A stretch of 64,000 nt of DNA from Malacoraja senta (Eukaryota). The translations under genes were made by a program, and so were the position numbers. Of this stretch, positions 36,051 to 48,329 are shown piece after piece. The notes under the pieces are model-generated. The model was not told where the DNA came from and did no database searches. It saw only the letters and a list, made by a program, of their open reading frames with translations. Location of the stretch: contig JAXLNO010000655.1 of the NCBI GenBank assembly GCA_038087875.1, positions 62,001-126,000 of the forward strand, given 5' to 3'. Each line of letters starts with the position of its first letter. The stretch's first letter is position 1.

Positions 36051-36848
36051 TCTCTAGACATAACTAAAACTCTGATCTTGTGCTCTTCCGGTTTTGCATT
36101 TTTTCTATTTGTACAAAAATATGATAGCGCTACGATTTTTTGCCACGTTACTCACCATTCTCCAATGCTACAAGGGCAACAAGTTTTTTTCCGATCTATG
36201 GTATATTAAAAAAGTTATTACGGTTTAAAAATCTTAAAAACCACGCATGCGCAGATTGGTCTCCTCTCCTGTCAGTCGCCGGGATGGCGGCGCCGCTCCC
36301 TTGGCAGTGGGGGAGGTGAGGAGTGGGGGAGGTGGGGGATAGAGGGATAGGAGGGGGGTAGGGAGGGGAGAGGAGTTATGGAGGGAGGGAAGGAGTGACT
36401 GAGGGTAGGGGAATGGAGAGGGAGGGAGAGGTGAGGGAGGAATTGGGGAGGGGAGGAGGAGTGGGGAAAGATCCTTGGGAGGTGAGGAGGGAGAGTGGGG
36501 GGATTGAGGGAGAGGAAGGGGGAGTGGGGGAGGTGAGGAGGAATAGTGGGGGGGGGATAGGGGGAGGTGAGGAGTGGGGAAGTGGGGGATAAAGGGATAG
36601 AAGGGGGGTAGGGAGGGGAGAGGAGTTTTGGAGGGAAGGAGGGAGTGAGGGTAGGGGAAGGGAGAGGGAGGGAGAGGTGAGGGAGGGATTGGCAGAGGGG
36701 AGGAGGAGAGGGGAATGAAGAGGGAGGGTGAAGAGGAGGGGGAGGGAGTGCTGGGGGATGATGGGGAATGAGCTGCACCTGCGCAGTTGGGGGCTATGCG
36801 TGAGTGGTGGAATGTTGCGTTGGGGGAACGGGTCTGCACTTAGTCTAG
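36051..36848 (+). mobile_element. Possible non-autonomous Helitron
   Basis: A|TC...ACTAAAA start, CTAG|T end, no TSD; the expected subterminal hairpin is not intact. Confidence 0.4.
36307..36772 (+). repeat. Polypurine G-rich low-complexity tract with an internal duplication of about 250 bp
   Basis: Almost only G/A; GGGGGAGGTGAGGAGTGGGG...GGAGAGGGAGGGAGAGGTGAGGGAGG occurs twice (from about 36309 and 36560). Confidence 0.9.
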
Positions 36849-38689
36849 TATTAAGTTAAACGTTTAATACATTTACTCCCAAATATAAATGATCAATGTA
36901 ACAAGGTACAAATGCATCTGCATATTTTCAATTCATTTCTTTTGTGGAACAGACAGTACAGTAAATAAATAAAGACCACTTCTCTAAATGGCACATGAAT
37001 GATTAATTCCAGGTTATTTTTAGCATGCGTTACTGACAGGTCGAATATGCTTTAGAAGGTCTGGTTATAAAATATATTGCAAGATATGTTAAAAAAAAGT
37101 GACAGTGTCCTTTTGAGAGAGAGAGAGAGGGTTCATTTGATCATTCCATTATTCACATTGGAACATCAGTACAGTACAGCACAACAACAGGCCCTTTGGC
37201 CCACAGTGTCCGTGCGCAACACGATGCCAGATTGCATTTTACTTCGGAGTCACGTGAGTGACTACGTGAAGAAGCCCGTCAGTGCGCCTGTGCGTCATTA
37301 CGTCAGACGCCTTGACGCAAACGGACGTGAGGAGCAGTGCTCCTCGAGTGGTTTGTAGTTTTTCAACTACAAGGTAAGTAAAAACTTTTTTACATGTTTT
37401 CCAGGTCCGTTTACTGTGGGTCTATGGCGATTTTTTCCACAGACGCCATGGGAAAAAACGGACAGAGGGAAGAGGCGAGCGACATAGCCGACAGAAGTCG
37501 GGAAAGTCGGGAGTCCGCGGTTAGAGACCAACCGCCTCTAAACCCCGGTACAGTCGCCAGCGGTGAGCATAGCGACTGTGGACCTGGGGCTGGTGAAAAC
37601 ACAGTCAGTGCCTGTCGGGCAAAAGACAAAGTTTAAATCCCAACGGAGGGAGTCCCAGGCAATGAAGAAGCTCCAGGGCTAGATACTGCTTTAGAGCGTA
37701 TTGCCCAAATAGAAAGCCTTTTACACAGGCTGTTGGAGCAACGTTCACTCAGTGAGGAGTGTTCTGAAAGCCAAGCTGCTGGAAACAGCTCAAACAGCTC
37801 CTGGTACAGGGCTAGATACTGCTTTCGAGCGTATTGCCCAAATAGAAGCCTTTTTCATAGGTTGTTGGAGCAAAAGTTCACTCAGGAAGGAGTGTACTGT
37901 AATCCAAGCTGCAGGAGCAGCTTAACAGCACCTGGCTCAGGGCTGATGGAATGCACCCTCAGGAATGAGGAGCGTGCTACGGGTCATGAGATTTCAGACC
38001 CCGACTCTGACGGTGAGGCTGTACAAGGCGATGAAAGGCAGCTGCCAGATGTTCCAACCCTGGTAGTAGGATTCGCTGCCCCGTCAGGGTCAGGAGAGCA
38101 ATTAGGAAGAACTGGCCTCCTTAATAAATTACTTGGTTTACCATTAGCTGGAACAGCATGAAATGGATGAGACTGCAAGAGTATCTGGAATCAGTTGCAG
38201 AGAATATTAAAGCTGCTGGGTTCTGGAATAACTGCTTTTACCAGAATAGCAGGTAACAACCAAAAGATGACGAAGTTGCATCAGCAAGCACTGGGGTTGC
38301 TATGCAGCACCCACTTCGAGAAGTGCTATACGGTCTACTATGAATCCGAAATTCGCAGCACTCTGCAAACCAAGTAATATACAAATTACCCAACTTACTC
38401 TTTGGAGAGATCTCGGGAGACGTATTAAAGAGTTGGAAGATGAAGCGAAAACAGGATTGATGAAGACATCAATGGTTGTGAAGTCTGTAAAGAGGAAGTA
38501 TCCTTTCAGACGTCATACGGATCCTGGACCAAGTCGCTCATCAACGCAGGGACGTAGTTGGCGGCCTGCAGCGGGAGCAAGAACCAGTGGGCGTGCTTCC
38601 GGGAGAACCCAGGAATCTCAGGGTACTGAAATGACTCAAGAGGTAGGTGGACCTGGTTCACATGGGAACATACTAACTGGATTAAGTCC

Positions 38690-40551
38690 AAAAGTTGGAG
38701 GCAGGTTACATTTCTTCTATAATAATTGGAAGAAAATTATTTCAGATGTGGTAATCCTGAATAATATACAAGGATTTCGAATTGAATTCAATCCAAATTA
38801 TGATTTGCCTGTTCAGCATGTTCCTAGCCGAACTCTGCACTTTGTACAAAAAGAAGTGATGGAGGTTCAGGTTGCAATTGAAACCCTATATTAAAAAAAA
38901 GGGGTTATTGAAAAATCAGTCTACCAAAGTCACCAATTTGTGTCAAAAATATTCCCTCGATCAAAAAAGGATGGAGGATGTAGGATTCTTGTAGATTTGA
39001 TAAATCTGAATCCTTTTGTGCAATTTAGACATTTTAAAATGGAAACATTTGTGACTGCCAAACAGCTTATTTCAGAAGCATGTTATATGGCAACTATAGA
39101 CTTGAAAGATGCATATTATTCAGTGTCTGTTCATTCACAAGATAGGAAGTATCTTAAATTTAAATGGATGAACTAGTTGTGGCAGTTCAAAGCTCTGCCT
39201 AATGGGTTAATATCTGCACTCAGAATATTCACAAAAATTGTTAAAACCAATTCTGGGCTTGCTGAGTAGCCAGGGGCATGTACTAATGGCATATTTGGAT
39301 GATGTCTTGATTATAGGAAAGACAAAACAGTCAACAGAAGTATCTGTTGCAGTTGTGAAATCAACTTTTGAAAAGTTGGGGTTTCTAATTCATCCACAGA
39401 AATCTAGGTTAACACCATGTACCTCTATTAATTATTTGGGGTTCACAATTGATTCAGTCCAAATGAATATCACTTTGCCCAGGGAAAAGGGTGGATTTGA
39501 TTAAAGATTGCAGTAATCTCCTAAACGAGCAAAAACCTTCAATTAGACAGGTGGCTCGTGTACTGGGAAAATTAGTAGCAGCATTCCCAGCAGTCCAATT
39601 TGGACCATTACATTATCAACAGCTGCAGAGACTTAAAGAACAGGCACCGAGAATGCATGTTGGTCATTTTGATAGAACCATGCAACTAACAACAAATGCT
39701 GTTTCTGGTCTGCAGTGGTGGATTCTACATGTCTCAAGCAGTTCCAGCAAAGTGCTGATTGAACAACCTTCCATGATATTACAAACTGATGCCAGTGCAC
39801 CAGGATGGGGTGCAACTGACTTAACGTCTAGCTGAGGAGGCAGATGGAATCAGGAAGAGTCATTGTTACTGCAGACATGGGGAATTAACTATTTGGAGCT
39901 TCTAGGATGTTTCTATGGGCTCCAAGCTTATTGTTCTAACACAACTAATAAGCATGTTCAAGTTCAAATTGATAACACAACAGTAGTTGTTTATATTAAT
40001 GATATGGAATTAAGTCGGTGTCTTGTGACAAAATGGTTAATCAACTTTGGGCTTGGTGTATTGAAAATAACATTTGGATTTCAGCTATCTATCTACCAGG
40101 TAGAATGAACGATAGCAGACACCAAGTCACGAAAAGTTCCATGATAATAAAGAATGGATGTTGAATCAAGAGGTATTCAATGATATAGTCATCAGATTTG
40201 GAATGACCGACATCGACTTGAATCATCAGCTATCGAGATATGTCTCATGGAAACCAGATCCAGGAGCAGTGGCGATTGATGCTTTCTCGCTACATTGGGG
40301 TGGTATGTTTTCATATATATTTCCACCTTTCTGCCTCATAAGCCAATGTTTGCTTAAAATCAGGCAAGATGCTGCTTCAAGGGTATTGGTAGTACCAGAT
40401 TGGCCTACACAGCCATGTTATCCGTTGATATTAGAATTAACAACGCAAATGTTGATGAAAGTCCCAAAAAAGAGTAATTTATTGCTGCTCCCTGTACAGG
40501 GGAACAACATCCATTATATGATCGTTTGGATTTGTTGATTTGCAGGTTTTA
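38690..40551 (+). pseudogene. DIRS copy 2 RT, RNase H and methyltransferase-like domains
   Basis: VGGRLHFF, KKDGGCRIL, IDLKDAYYSV, intact YLDD (39292-39303), QTDAS..GWG, INYLEL, DNTT, DAFSLHW, YIFPPF, VLVVPDWPTQP. Confidence 0.92.
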
Positions 40552-40554
40552 AGA

Positions 40555-41518
40555 ATGCCTTTTCTGGGACGAGGACTGTCTGAGCATACTGTGGACATGC
40601 TTACGGCAGCCTGGAGGAAGAGCACTCCAAAACAGTACCTTTCTTATATTAAGAAATGGGAAAAGTTCTGGGTACAAAAGAATGTGCAATAAAGTACTGC
40701 AGATATTTCAAATGTTTAGAATTTCTGTCAAAACTTTATTATGATGAAGGTCTGAGTTGTAGTGTAATTAATTCAGCCAGAAGTGCATTGTCCTCATATT
40801 TGGTTCTGGATTCAGAAAGAAACTCAATTGGGTCACACCCAATTGTTTCCAGACTAATGAAAGGAATCTTTAATTCCAAACCACCGAAACCTAGGTACGT
40901 GACAATCTGGGATGTAAGTGTGGTACTGAAACTACTTTGTGATGGTTATCAAGTGTGTCTTTACCTTTGGTCAAGCTCAGTATGAAAGTATTCATGTTTA
41001 TGGCATGAGTGACAGCACAACGAGTGCAAACACTTGGAAAATTACAAATAGATAGTATGGAAGTAACTGAAGGCAAGGTTACATTCTATATCTATGACCT
41101 ACTAAAACAAATTAGGCCAGGTGTGACGGGATTTAAAATTATGCTAGCAGCATATCCAAATGATCCTTGTCTCTGTGTTAAGACATATTTGTTACAATAC
41201 ATTGAGGTCACAAAGAATTTGAGAAATACAGAAACTGGGTTGTTGATCACACACAAGAAACCACACAAGAGAGTTTCAATACAGACTATTTCCAGATGGA
41301 TAAAAGAAGTCTTAACAGCTGCTGGTATTAACACTTATGTTTTTACGTCTCACTCGACTAGGGCAGCAGAAATGTCGGCGGCCAGGGCAAAAGACGGCCC
41401 CGTCGACCATATCCTCGCAGCTGCCGGGTGGTCCAATGAGTTGATGTTTCAACATTTTTACCATCGGCCTATTGTTAATGCGGGGTTGTTTGCAGAAACT
41501 ATTTTAAGTTCTGTGTAA
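40555..41518 (+). pseudogene. DIRS copy 2 tyrosine recombinase
   Basis: ARSALS, HPIVSRLMKGIF, AQRVQTL, TISRW, HSTRAA, AAGWS, FQHFYH; frameshifted. Confidence 0.92.
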
Positions 41519-42296
41519 ATTCCTCTGGTTTAAAGGGGATCTCATTCATTTCATTCTTGAAATGAATTACTGCATTTGTGGTACAAATGTTATTATGAAT
41601 GCATGATTGATTATTCTCGTTCCGAGTCAATCTATGCAGTGAGAAGCCGGGATTGATCCACGGCATGAAATCACAAAGCTTTAAAATCTTCACGTAGTCA
41701 CTCACGTGACTCCGAAGTAAAATAGTAAGATTAAACGAGAACTTACCTAAGTTTGAAGTTTGATCTTTATTTTATGAGGTGATTACGTGCCCGCCACGAC
41801 CCTACCCTCTATCATAAAGGTCAGGTGGAAGTTCTTGTATTACTCGTTTTAGTATGAGACTATATTACTTCGGTTCTTGTTTTTTGTGATTTCACACCGC
41901 TGCTTTGAAGATTGACGCGCAGGCGCACTGACGGGCTTCTTCACGTAATCACCTACGTAACTCCTCATAAAATAAAGATCAAACTTCAAACTTAGGTAAG
42001 TTCTCGTTTAATCTTACTATTAATCTCCTCTGCCTCCACATCATCCATATCCCTCCATTCCTTGCCTCTTGAACATCAATGTCACATCTGCCTTCACCAC
42101 TACCCCTGGCAGCATATTCCAGGCCATCACCCATCACTCTCTTTCCCAACCTATATTTTGCAGTTGATGATAAGATAAAAACCTTCAAAAATAATGCCTC
42201 AGAAAGAAGGCAATGACACAGTGATACTGATGTGATAGTTGAGCATGGTGTCATCGTGATCTTCTGTCAGATTATAAATCCACAGGACACTCTTAT

Positions 42297-42563
42297 GGGC
42301 AGCACGGTGGCGCAGCGGTAGAGTTGCTGCCTTACGGCGCCAGAGACCCGTGTTCGATCCTGACTACGGGTGCTGTCTGTACACCGTGACCTGCGTGGGT
42401 TTTCTCCGAGATCTTCGGTTTCCTCCCACACTCCAAAGACAGACAGGTTTATGTTAATTGGATAGGTATAAATGTAAATTGTCCCTAGTGTGTGTAGGAT
42501 AGTGTTAATGTGCGGGGATCGCTGGTCGATGCGGACTCAGTGGGCCGAAGGGCCTGTTTCCAC
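42297..42563 (+). mobile_element. V-SINE (HE1-like)
   Basis: GGGCAGCACGGTGGCGCAGCGG head, B-box GTTCGATCC. Confidence 0.85.
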
Positions 42564-43054
42564 TCTTGAATTCAAATCCCATCTGACGACCAGGAAACAA
42601 ATTCAATTCATGAAATAAATCTGTAGGAAAGATGGCCTTAAGCTGGAAAGATTGCAGGGAAGAATTATGAGGATGTTGCTAGGATTTGACAGTCTAAGCT
42701 ACAGGGAGAGGATGTCAGGCTACGACTGTATTCCTAGGAGCTCAGGAGACTGAGGGGTGATGTTGTAGAGGTGAATAAGATCATGACGGGTATAGCTAGA
42801 GTCAATGCGTACAATCTTTTTCCCATGGCAGGGGAATCAAGAGATAGAGATCGTGGGCTTAAGGTGAGAGGAACAAGATTTATTAGGATCCTAAGGGGCA
42901 ACTTTTTCACTCAGTTGGTGGTGGTTATATGGAACGGGATGCCAGAGGAAGTAGTTAAGGAAGATACAATAACAATATTTAAAAGACACTTGGCCAATAC
43001 CATAGAAAACTAAATGGAATATTAGCCAAATAACTAGTTTCCTTTACTTTTTGA

Positions 43055-43778
43055 CTTTAGAGATACAGCGAGGAAACAGGCCCTTCGGCCCACCGAGTCC
43101 GTGCCGACCAGCAATCACCCCTCGCAGTAACACGATCCTACACACTAGGGTCAAATTTTTTTTTACAACTTACCGGAGCCAATTAACCTACAAACCTGTA
43201 CGACTTTGGAGTGTGGGAGGAAACCGGAGCACCCGGAGGAAACCCACGCGGTCACAGAGACAACTTACAAACTCTGTAGAGACAGTACCCGTAGTCAGGA
43301 TTGAACCCCAGTCTCTGGCGCTGTGAGGCAGCAACTCTACCGCTTTGCCACTGTGCGCCAGTCATAGTGCTATACAGATAGAGTTATAGTGCTAATAGTT
43401 CAGATGAGGCATCTTGGTCTGCATGGATGAGTTGTGCCAAAGAGCCTGTTTTCATGGTCTATGACTTAGTTTAGTTTAGTTTAGAGATACAGCGCGGAAA
43501 CAGGCCCTTCAGCCCACCGGGTCCGCGCCGACCAGTGATCCCCGCACATTAACACCATCCTACGCCCACTAGGGACAATTTTTACATTTACCAAGCCAAT
43601 TAACCTACAAACCTGTACGTCTTTGGAGAGCGGGAGGAAACCGAAGATCTTGGAGAAAACCCACGCAGGTCACGGGGAGAAGGTACAAACTGTACAGATA
43701 GCATCTGTAGTCGGGATCGAACCCGGGTCACCGACACTGCATTCGCTGTAAGGCAGCAACTCTACTGCTGCGCCACCA
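43055..43778 (-). mobile_element. Two tandem V-SINE copies (about 43055-43358 and 43466-43778)
   Basis: Both reverse-complement copies, embedded in a CR1 tail. Confidence 0.85.
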
Positions 43779-43810
43779 TCACTGCCCTATGACCTTAAAA
43801 AATGAATTAG

Positions 43811-44193
43811 GTCTCCATTTATCGATTTATTACAAGCATATGGTGCAACATAACCCTGGAAATGAACTGGGTGAGGGGTGCGCAAAGATACGAAGTAGGT
43901 ATATCCCTTTTATTTTCTTTTTATTTATTCTTTTGTTTATCTTTTCTGTTTTTTTTCCTCTCTCTCTTCTTCTCTCTCTTTTTCTTGTGTTTTTCACGAA
44001 CTATCACTTTCACCACTCTACCTCACCTTTTTTTCCCTCTCTTTTTGCTTCTATTACTTTTTTAATTATTATTATTAAATTTAAAAACAAGAAGTTGTAT
44101 ATGAAATGTATTATATTACATCTGAATTGTGTACACTAATGTATATGACTTCTAATAAAAATAAATATTAAAAAAAAAAAAAAAAAAAAAAAA
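43811..44193 (+). mobile_element. 5'-truncated L1-like 3' tail with poly(A)
   Basis: SPFIDLLQ-like ORF2 end, T-rich UTR, AATAAA, A24 (44170-44193); imperfect TSD AAAAAATGAATTAG / AAAAAAAGTATTAG. Confidence 0.7.
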
Positions 44194-45351
44194 GTATTAG
44201 CAACATTAACCCTGACCATGAAACTGGTTTGGTGTAGAGTCCATTGGGGTCACTGTCGGTGTTGAAGGAAGGGAGTTGACTGCCCTGACCCTGTCTACCC
44301 TTTAAGTTCATCCAGACACTGGGACTGACTTGTAGTCTGATAATGTGAGTGCAGTAACAATAAGAGATGAACAATAAATACTGGCCCTGTTAATTAATTT
44401 AAAGCTATTAAAAACTACAGGGCATTAAATCTTACCAGTAATTCATAACTCAGAAATGGTGCTCGTGCCTCACTGTAAATTGCTTTGCATTACGTCGTCT
44501 CAGGTGAAAGCAATCTTTAATATCCGGTCAGCCAGAGATCAAATTCTGATCAATTAGTCAAATGGAATTTGCAACACACAGCCTGATCAATCAAGGAACA
44601 CATTCAAATGGTTTGAGGTGAAAGGCCTCTACCTCCCAGGGACGGTGCCTGGTTTGCGCTGGGATGGACAAACGTTGGAGGGGGTGAATGAATGAATGAA
44701 TACTTTGTTGTCACATGTGACAAGTCACAGGGATATTCTTTGTTTTGCATACGCAAGGTATCCAAAGAGTCGCCACATAAAGGGCGGCAAACAAAGTATT
44801 CCATTGTACACAAACCATTTTCAACACGTTGCATTTGTAGTCTGCCTTAGTTCTCGGCAGTCCCTCCACGCCAGGTCCTCCTTTCTTCTCCCTCTCTGCG
44901 GTTCCCCCTTTGTTCTTCTAAGGAGGTGAGTCAAGAGAATCAAGAGTGTTTTATTGTCATGTGTCCCAGTTAGAACAATAAAATTCTTACTTGCAGCAGC
45001 ACAACAGAATATGTAAACATAGTACCCTGTAGACAATAAAATAACGAGAGAAAAAAAGTTCAATATGTGTATTTATACACACATACAAATATACATATAT
45101 ATATGGATCATATATATATGTATATACTGTACACACACACGCGCACACATACATACACACAAAAAAAGCCAACAAAAGCCAATAGTGCAATAATAACAAT
45201 AATAGTCCATGAAGTTCAGAGCTTATTTGAGGTTATGGTGTTTAATAGCCAAATGGCTGTGGGGAAGTAGCTGTTCCTGAACCTGAGGGACACAGAATTC
45301 AGGAGGGCCAGGTGAAAGGAGTGGGCATGAGCAGATAGCATCATAGAGTTA

Positions 45352-45696
45352 AGGGCTTGTCCCACTATACAAGGTAATTCAAGAGTTCTCCCGAGTTTTC
45401 CCCCCGATTCGAACTCGGAGAATGTCCGTAGCGGGTCCGTAGGAGTTCGTGGATGTCTCGTAGCGGCTCGTACGAGTAAAAAGTTTTTAAAAAATTCATC
45501 ATGAGTATTTTTTTACTCGTGGACATTTCTCCAGTGTCACGAGTTTACCGGATTTCCCAAGTACTTACCGTTACTCATACGAGCCGCTACGGCGCATTCA
45601 CAACTCCTACGGACTCGCTACGGACATTCTCCGAGTTCGAATCAGGGGAAAACTCGGGAGAACTCTTGATTTACCTCGTATAGTGGGACGGGCCCT
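45352..45696. mobile_element. PIF/Harbinger-type MITE
   Basis: AGGGC...GCCCT termini, about 130-bp imperfect TIRs, TTA on both sides (45349-45351, 45697-45699). Confidence 0.85.
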
Positions 45697-46532
45697 TTAT
45701 ACAACGGAAATAGGCCTTTCCTGGATAAATCCTTGAATCACTGTAGCCTGTGGAGCTGCCACGCAAGAGCTCAAATTGGTCTGAAACGCTTTCCCTCATC
45801 AAGCAAGAGACAACAAGCCTTCTGTTATGTTGTGAATTGCTCTCAAATCCATTGTATCTCGATAATCTATAACTGAAAAATTTGACGGAGCTATTTTTGA
45901 TTTCCCTTTTTCCCAGGCTCTGGACTGAAGGTGATTTCTTTGTCCCTGGAGAGTTGTGGATTTGCGTTAAGTCAAATTCATTGTCATATGCACAAGAATG
46001 GCAAGGTAAACTTACAATGGAAATCTTGCTTGCAGCAGCATCACGCGTACATAGACTCTGACAACACACACAAAAGCATACATTGTGTACATATTCTACA
46101 AGAAAATGAAAAGAAAAGATCTGCACAAAGAAAATGACATTAGTGCTAAACACAATTAGAAAACAAGTCCATGGTAGTGCAAGAGGTGGTCCTTAGTGTT
46201 CTATTGTTTCATTTAGTTTAGTTCAATTTAGTATAGTTTAGTTCATTGTCACGTGTACCGAGGTAAAGTGAAAAGCTGTTTTGTCGCCTGCTGTCCAGTC
46301 AGCGGAGAGACTATAGATGATTACAATCAAGCTTTCCACGGTGTACAGATATAGGATATAAGGTAGGATTAGGGTCGTGTAGGTTAATCTCATAACCTGA
46401 TGGCTGAAGGAAAGTAGCTGTTCCTGAACCTGGCAATGTGGACTTCAGGCTTTTTTGTACCTCCTGCCCGATGGTAGCAACCAGAAGAGGGCATGGGTCT
46501 CTTACATGTTCTCCAAACATGGGAACATAAAA

Positions 46533-46778
46533 GGCACGGTGCCGCAGAGGTAGAGTTACTGCCATACAGCACCAGAGACCCGGGTTCGATCCTGACTACG
46601 GGCGCTGTCTGTATGGAGTTTGTACATTCTCCCCGTGACCTGCGAGGGTTTTATCCGGGAGCTCCGGTTTCCTCCCACACTCCAAAGATGTACAGGTTTG
46701 TAGGTTAATTGGCGTGTTAAAATTGTAACAATTGTCCTTGGTGTGTGTGCACGATTGTGTTAGTGTGCGGGGATTGCT
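46533..46778 (+). mobile_element. V-SINE (HE1-like)
   Basis: tRNA-like head and V-domain. Confidence 0.8.
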
Positions 46779-47884
46779 GTTGAGTTCATTGCTGACAATG
46801 AATCTGCGAAATTCATTGTCACAGATGGCTGGGGAGGCTAGGTTCTTGATTAGTAAGGGTGCCAAAGGTTTATGGGGAGAAGGCAGGAGAATGGGGTTGA
46901 GAGGGTAAAATAGATCAGCCATGATTGAATGACAGATCAGACAAGTTGGACCGAATGGCCTAATACTGCTCTTATGTCTTCAATAATGCAATGATGCAGT
47001 GATTCATTGATTCATTGATTTAATGATTCAATGATACATTATTGTCACATGTACCTCGGTACAGCGAAATCCTTTGTTTTGCATACAGCCCGGTAAAATC
47101 CTACAACAGACCTCACCTAGGTTGTACACAAGAGTCGCCACATACCTGACGCCTACAAAAGTCCTATGGTCTTTTGTGGGGTATGGGGGGTGGAGGCAGC
47201 GGGGGATAGAAGGGAAATAGGCGACTTGAGAACGGGAGATGAGTGTAGGAAACCCAAAGGATCAAAGATGTACACTGGGACACAAGATGCTGGAGTAACT
47301 CAGTGGGACAGGCAGCATCTCTGGAGACAAGGAATGGGTGACGGTTTCAATCGAGAAGAAGTCTGAAGAAGGGTCTCGACCCAAAACGCCACCCATTCCT
47401 TCTATCCAGAGATGCTGACTGTCCCGCTGAGTTACGCCAGCATTTTGTGTCTGTCTTCAGTGTAAACCAACATCTGCAGTTCCTTCCTACACAAAGACGT
47501 ACACATTTTAGTTTAGTGAATGCTTTTATTTCTTTGATTGTCTTGATTTGTAACAATTGTGTCTGAGACTACAACCATGGCACAGTCGCAAATGATCTAA
47601 GTACAGACAATTGAATGGCTGGATAGAGGTTGATCTGTGTACAGATGAGGGAGTGACGCATGTGTCACCATGAGTCACTGTGTGAGTGGTGGTACATCGG
47701 CACATTCACAGAAAGGTAATACCTCCTGCTTTCACAGAACAGGTCGAACTTCACACTGAATATTTGGGTTAATACTAAGCAATTGCAAGAAACCTCCTTT
47801 ACCGACCAAGCTTTGTAGGTGACTTTGAATTTTGCCGAATGCAATACCTGCCAAACTTGCAGGAACAAACCACCCGTCCACACA

Positions 47885-48325
47885 TCAAAGATAAACACAA
47901 AATGCTGGAGTAACTCAGCGGGACAGGCAGCATCTCTGGAGAGAAGGAATGGGTGACGTTTCGGGTCGAGATCCTTCTTGAGACCGAGAGTCAGGGGAGA
48001 GGGAGACATAGAGATATGGAAGAGTAAGGTGTGAAAACACAGATCAAAGGGGACGATGATCAAGAAAATGTAGAATGGTACATTGATAGCTGAGGAGAAG
48101 GTGACACCAAGGCATATAATCAGTAATATGTAATCAGGAGGGCAATTACACTAGTTGGAGAACTATGATGGGGGAGGGACGAAGAGAGAGAGAAAGCAAG
48201 GGTTACTTGTAGTTAGAGATACATACAGCTGAGTTGTCAGCTACCCATGCAAAATATGAGGTGTTGTTCCTCCAATTTGCATTGGGTCTCACTCTGACAG
48301 TGGAGGAGGTCCAGGATAGACACAT
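47885..48325 (-). mobile_element. Penelope-like element 3' ORF end plus terminal repeat
   Basis: Minus-strand LLHCQSETQCKLEEQHLIF (PLE GIY-YIG C-terminus) followed by the abundant AGATGCTGCCTG..CTGAGTTACTCCAGC repeat. Confidence 0.75.
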
Positions 48326-48329
48326 CAAG

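Larger units (their letters stand above)
37236..42021 (+). mobile_element. DIRS1-type retrotransposon, copy 2 (4.79 kb, not nested, degenerate)
   Basis: Left end TTTTACTTCGGAGTCACGTGAGTGACTACGTGAAG, ICR 41688-41789, right ITR/extension 41913-42021, same domain order as copy 1, ATT at both junctions. Confidence 0.93.

Noticed and set aside
36234..36839. 201-aa proline-rich ORF
   Set aside because: Translation artefact of the C-rich strand of a low-complexity tract.
42297..42370. tRNA gene candidates at SINE heads
   Set aside because: A/B boxes continue into the V-domain and LINE tail; these are SINEs, not tRNA genes.
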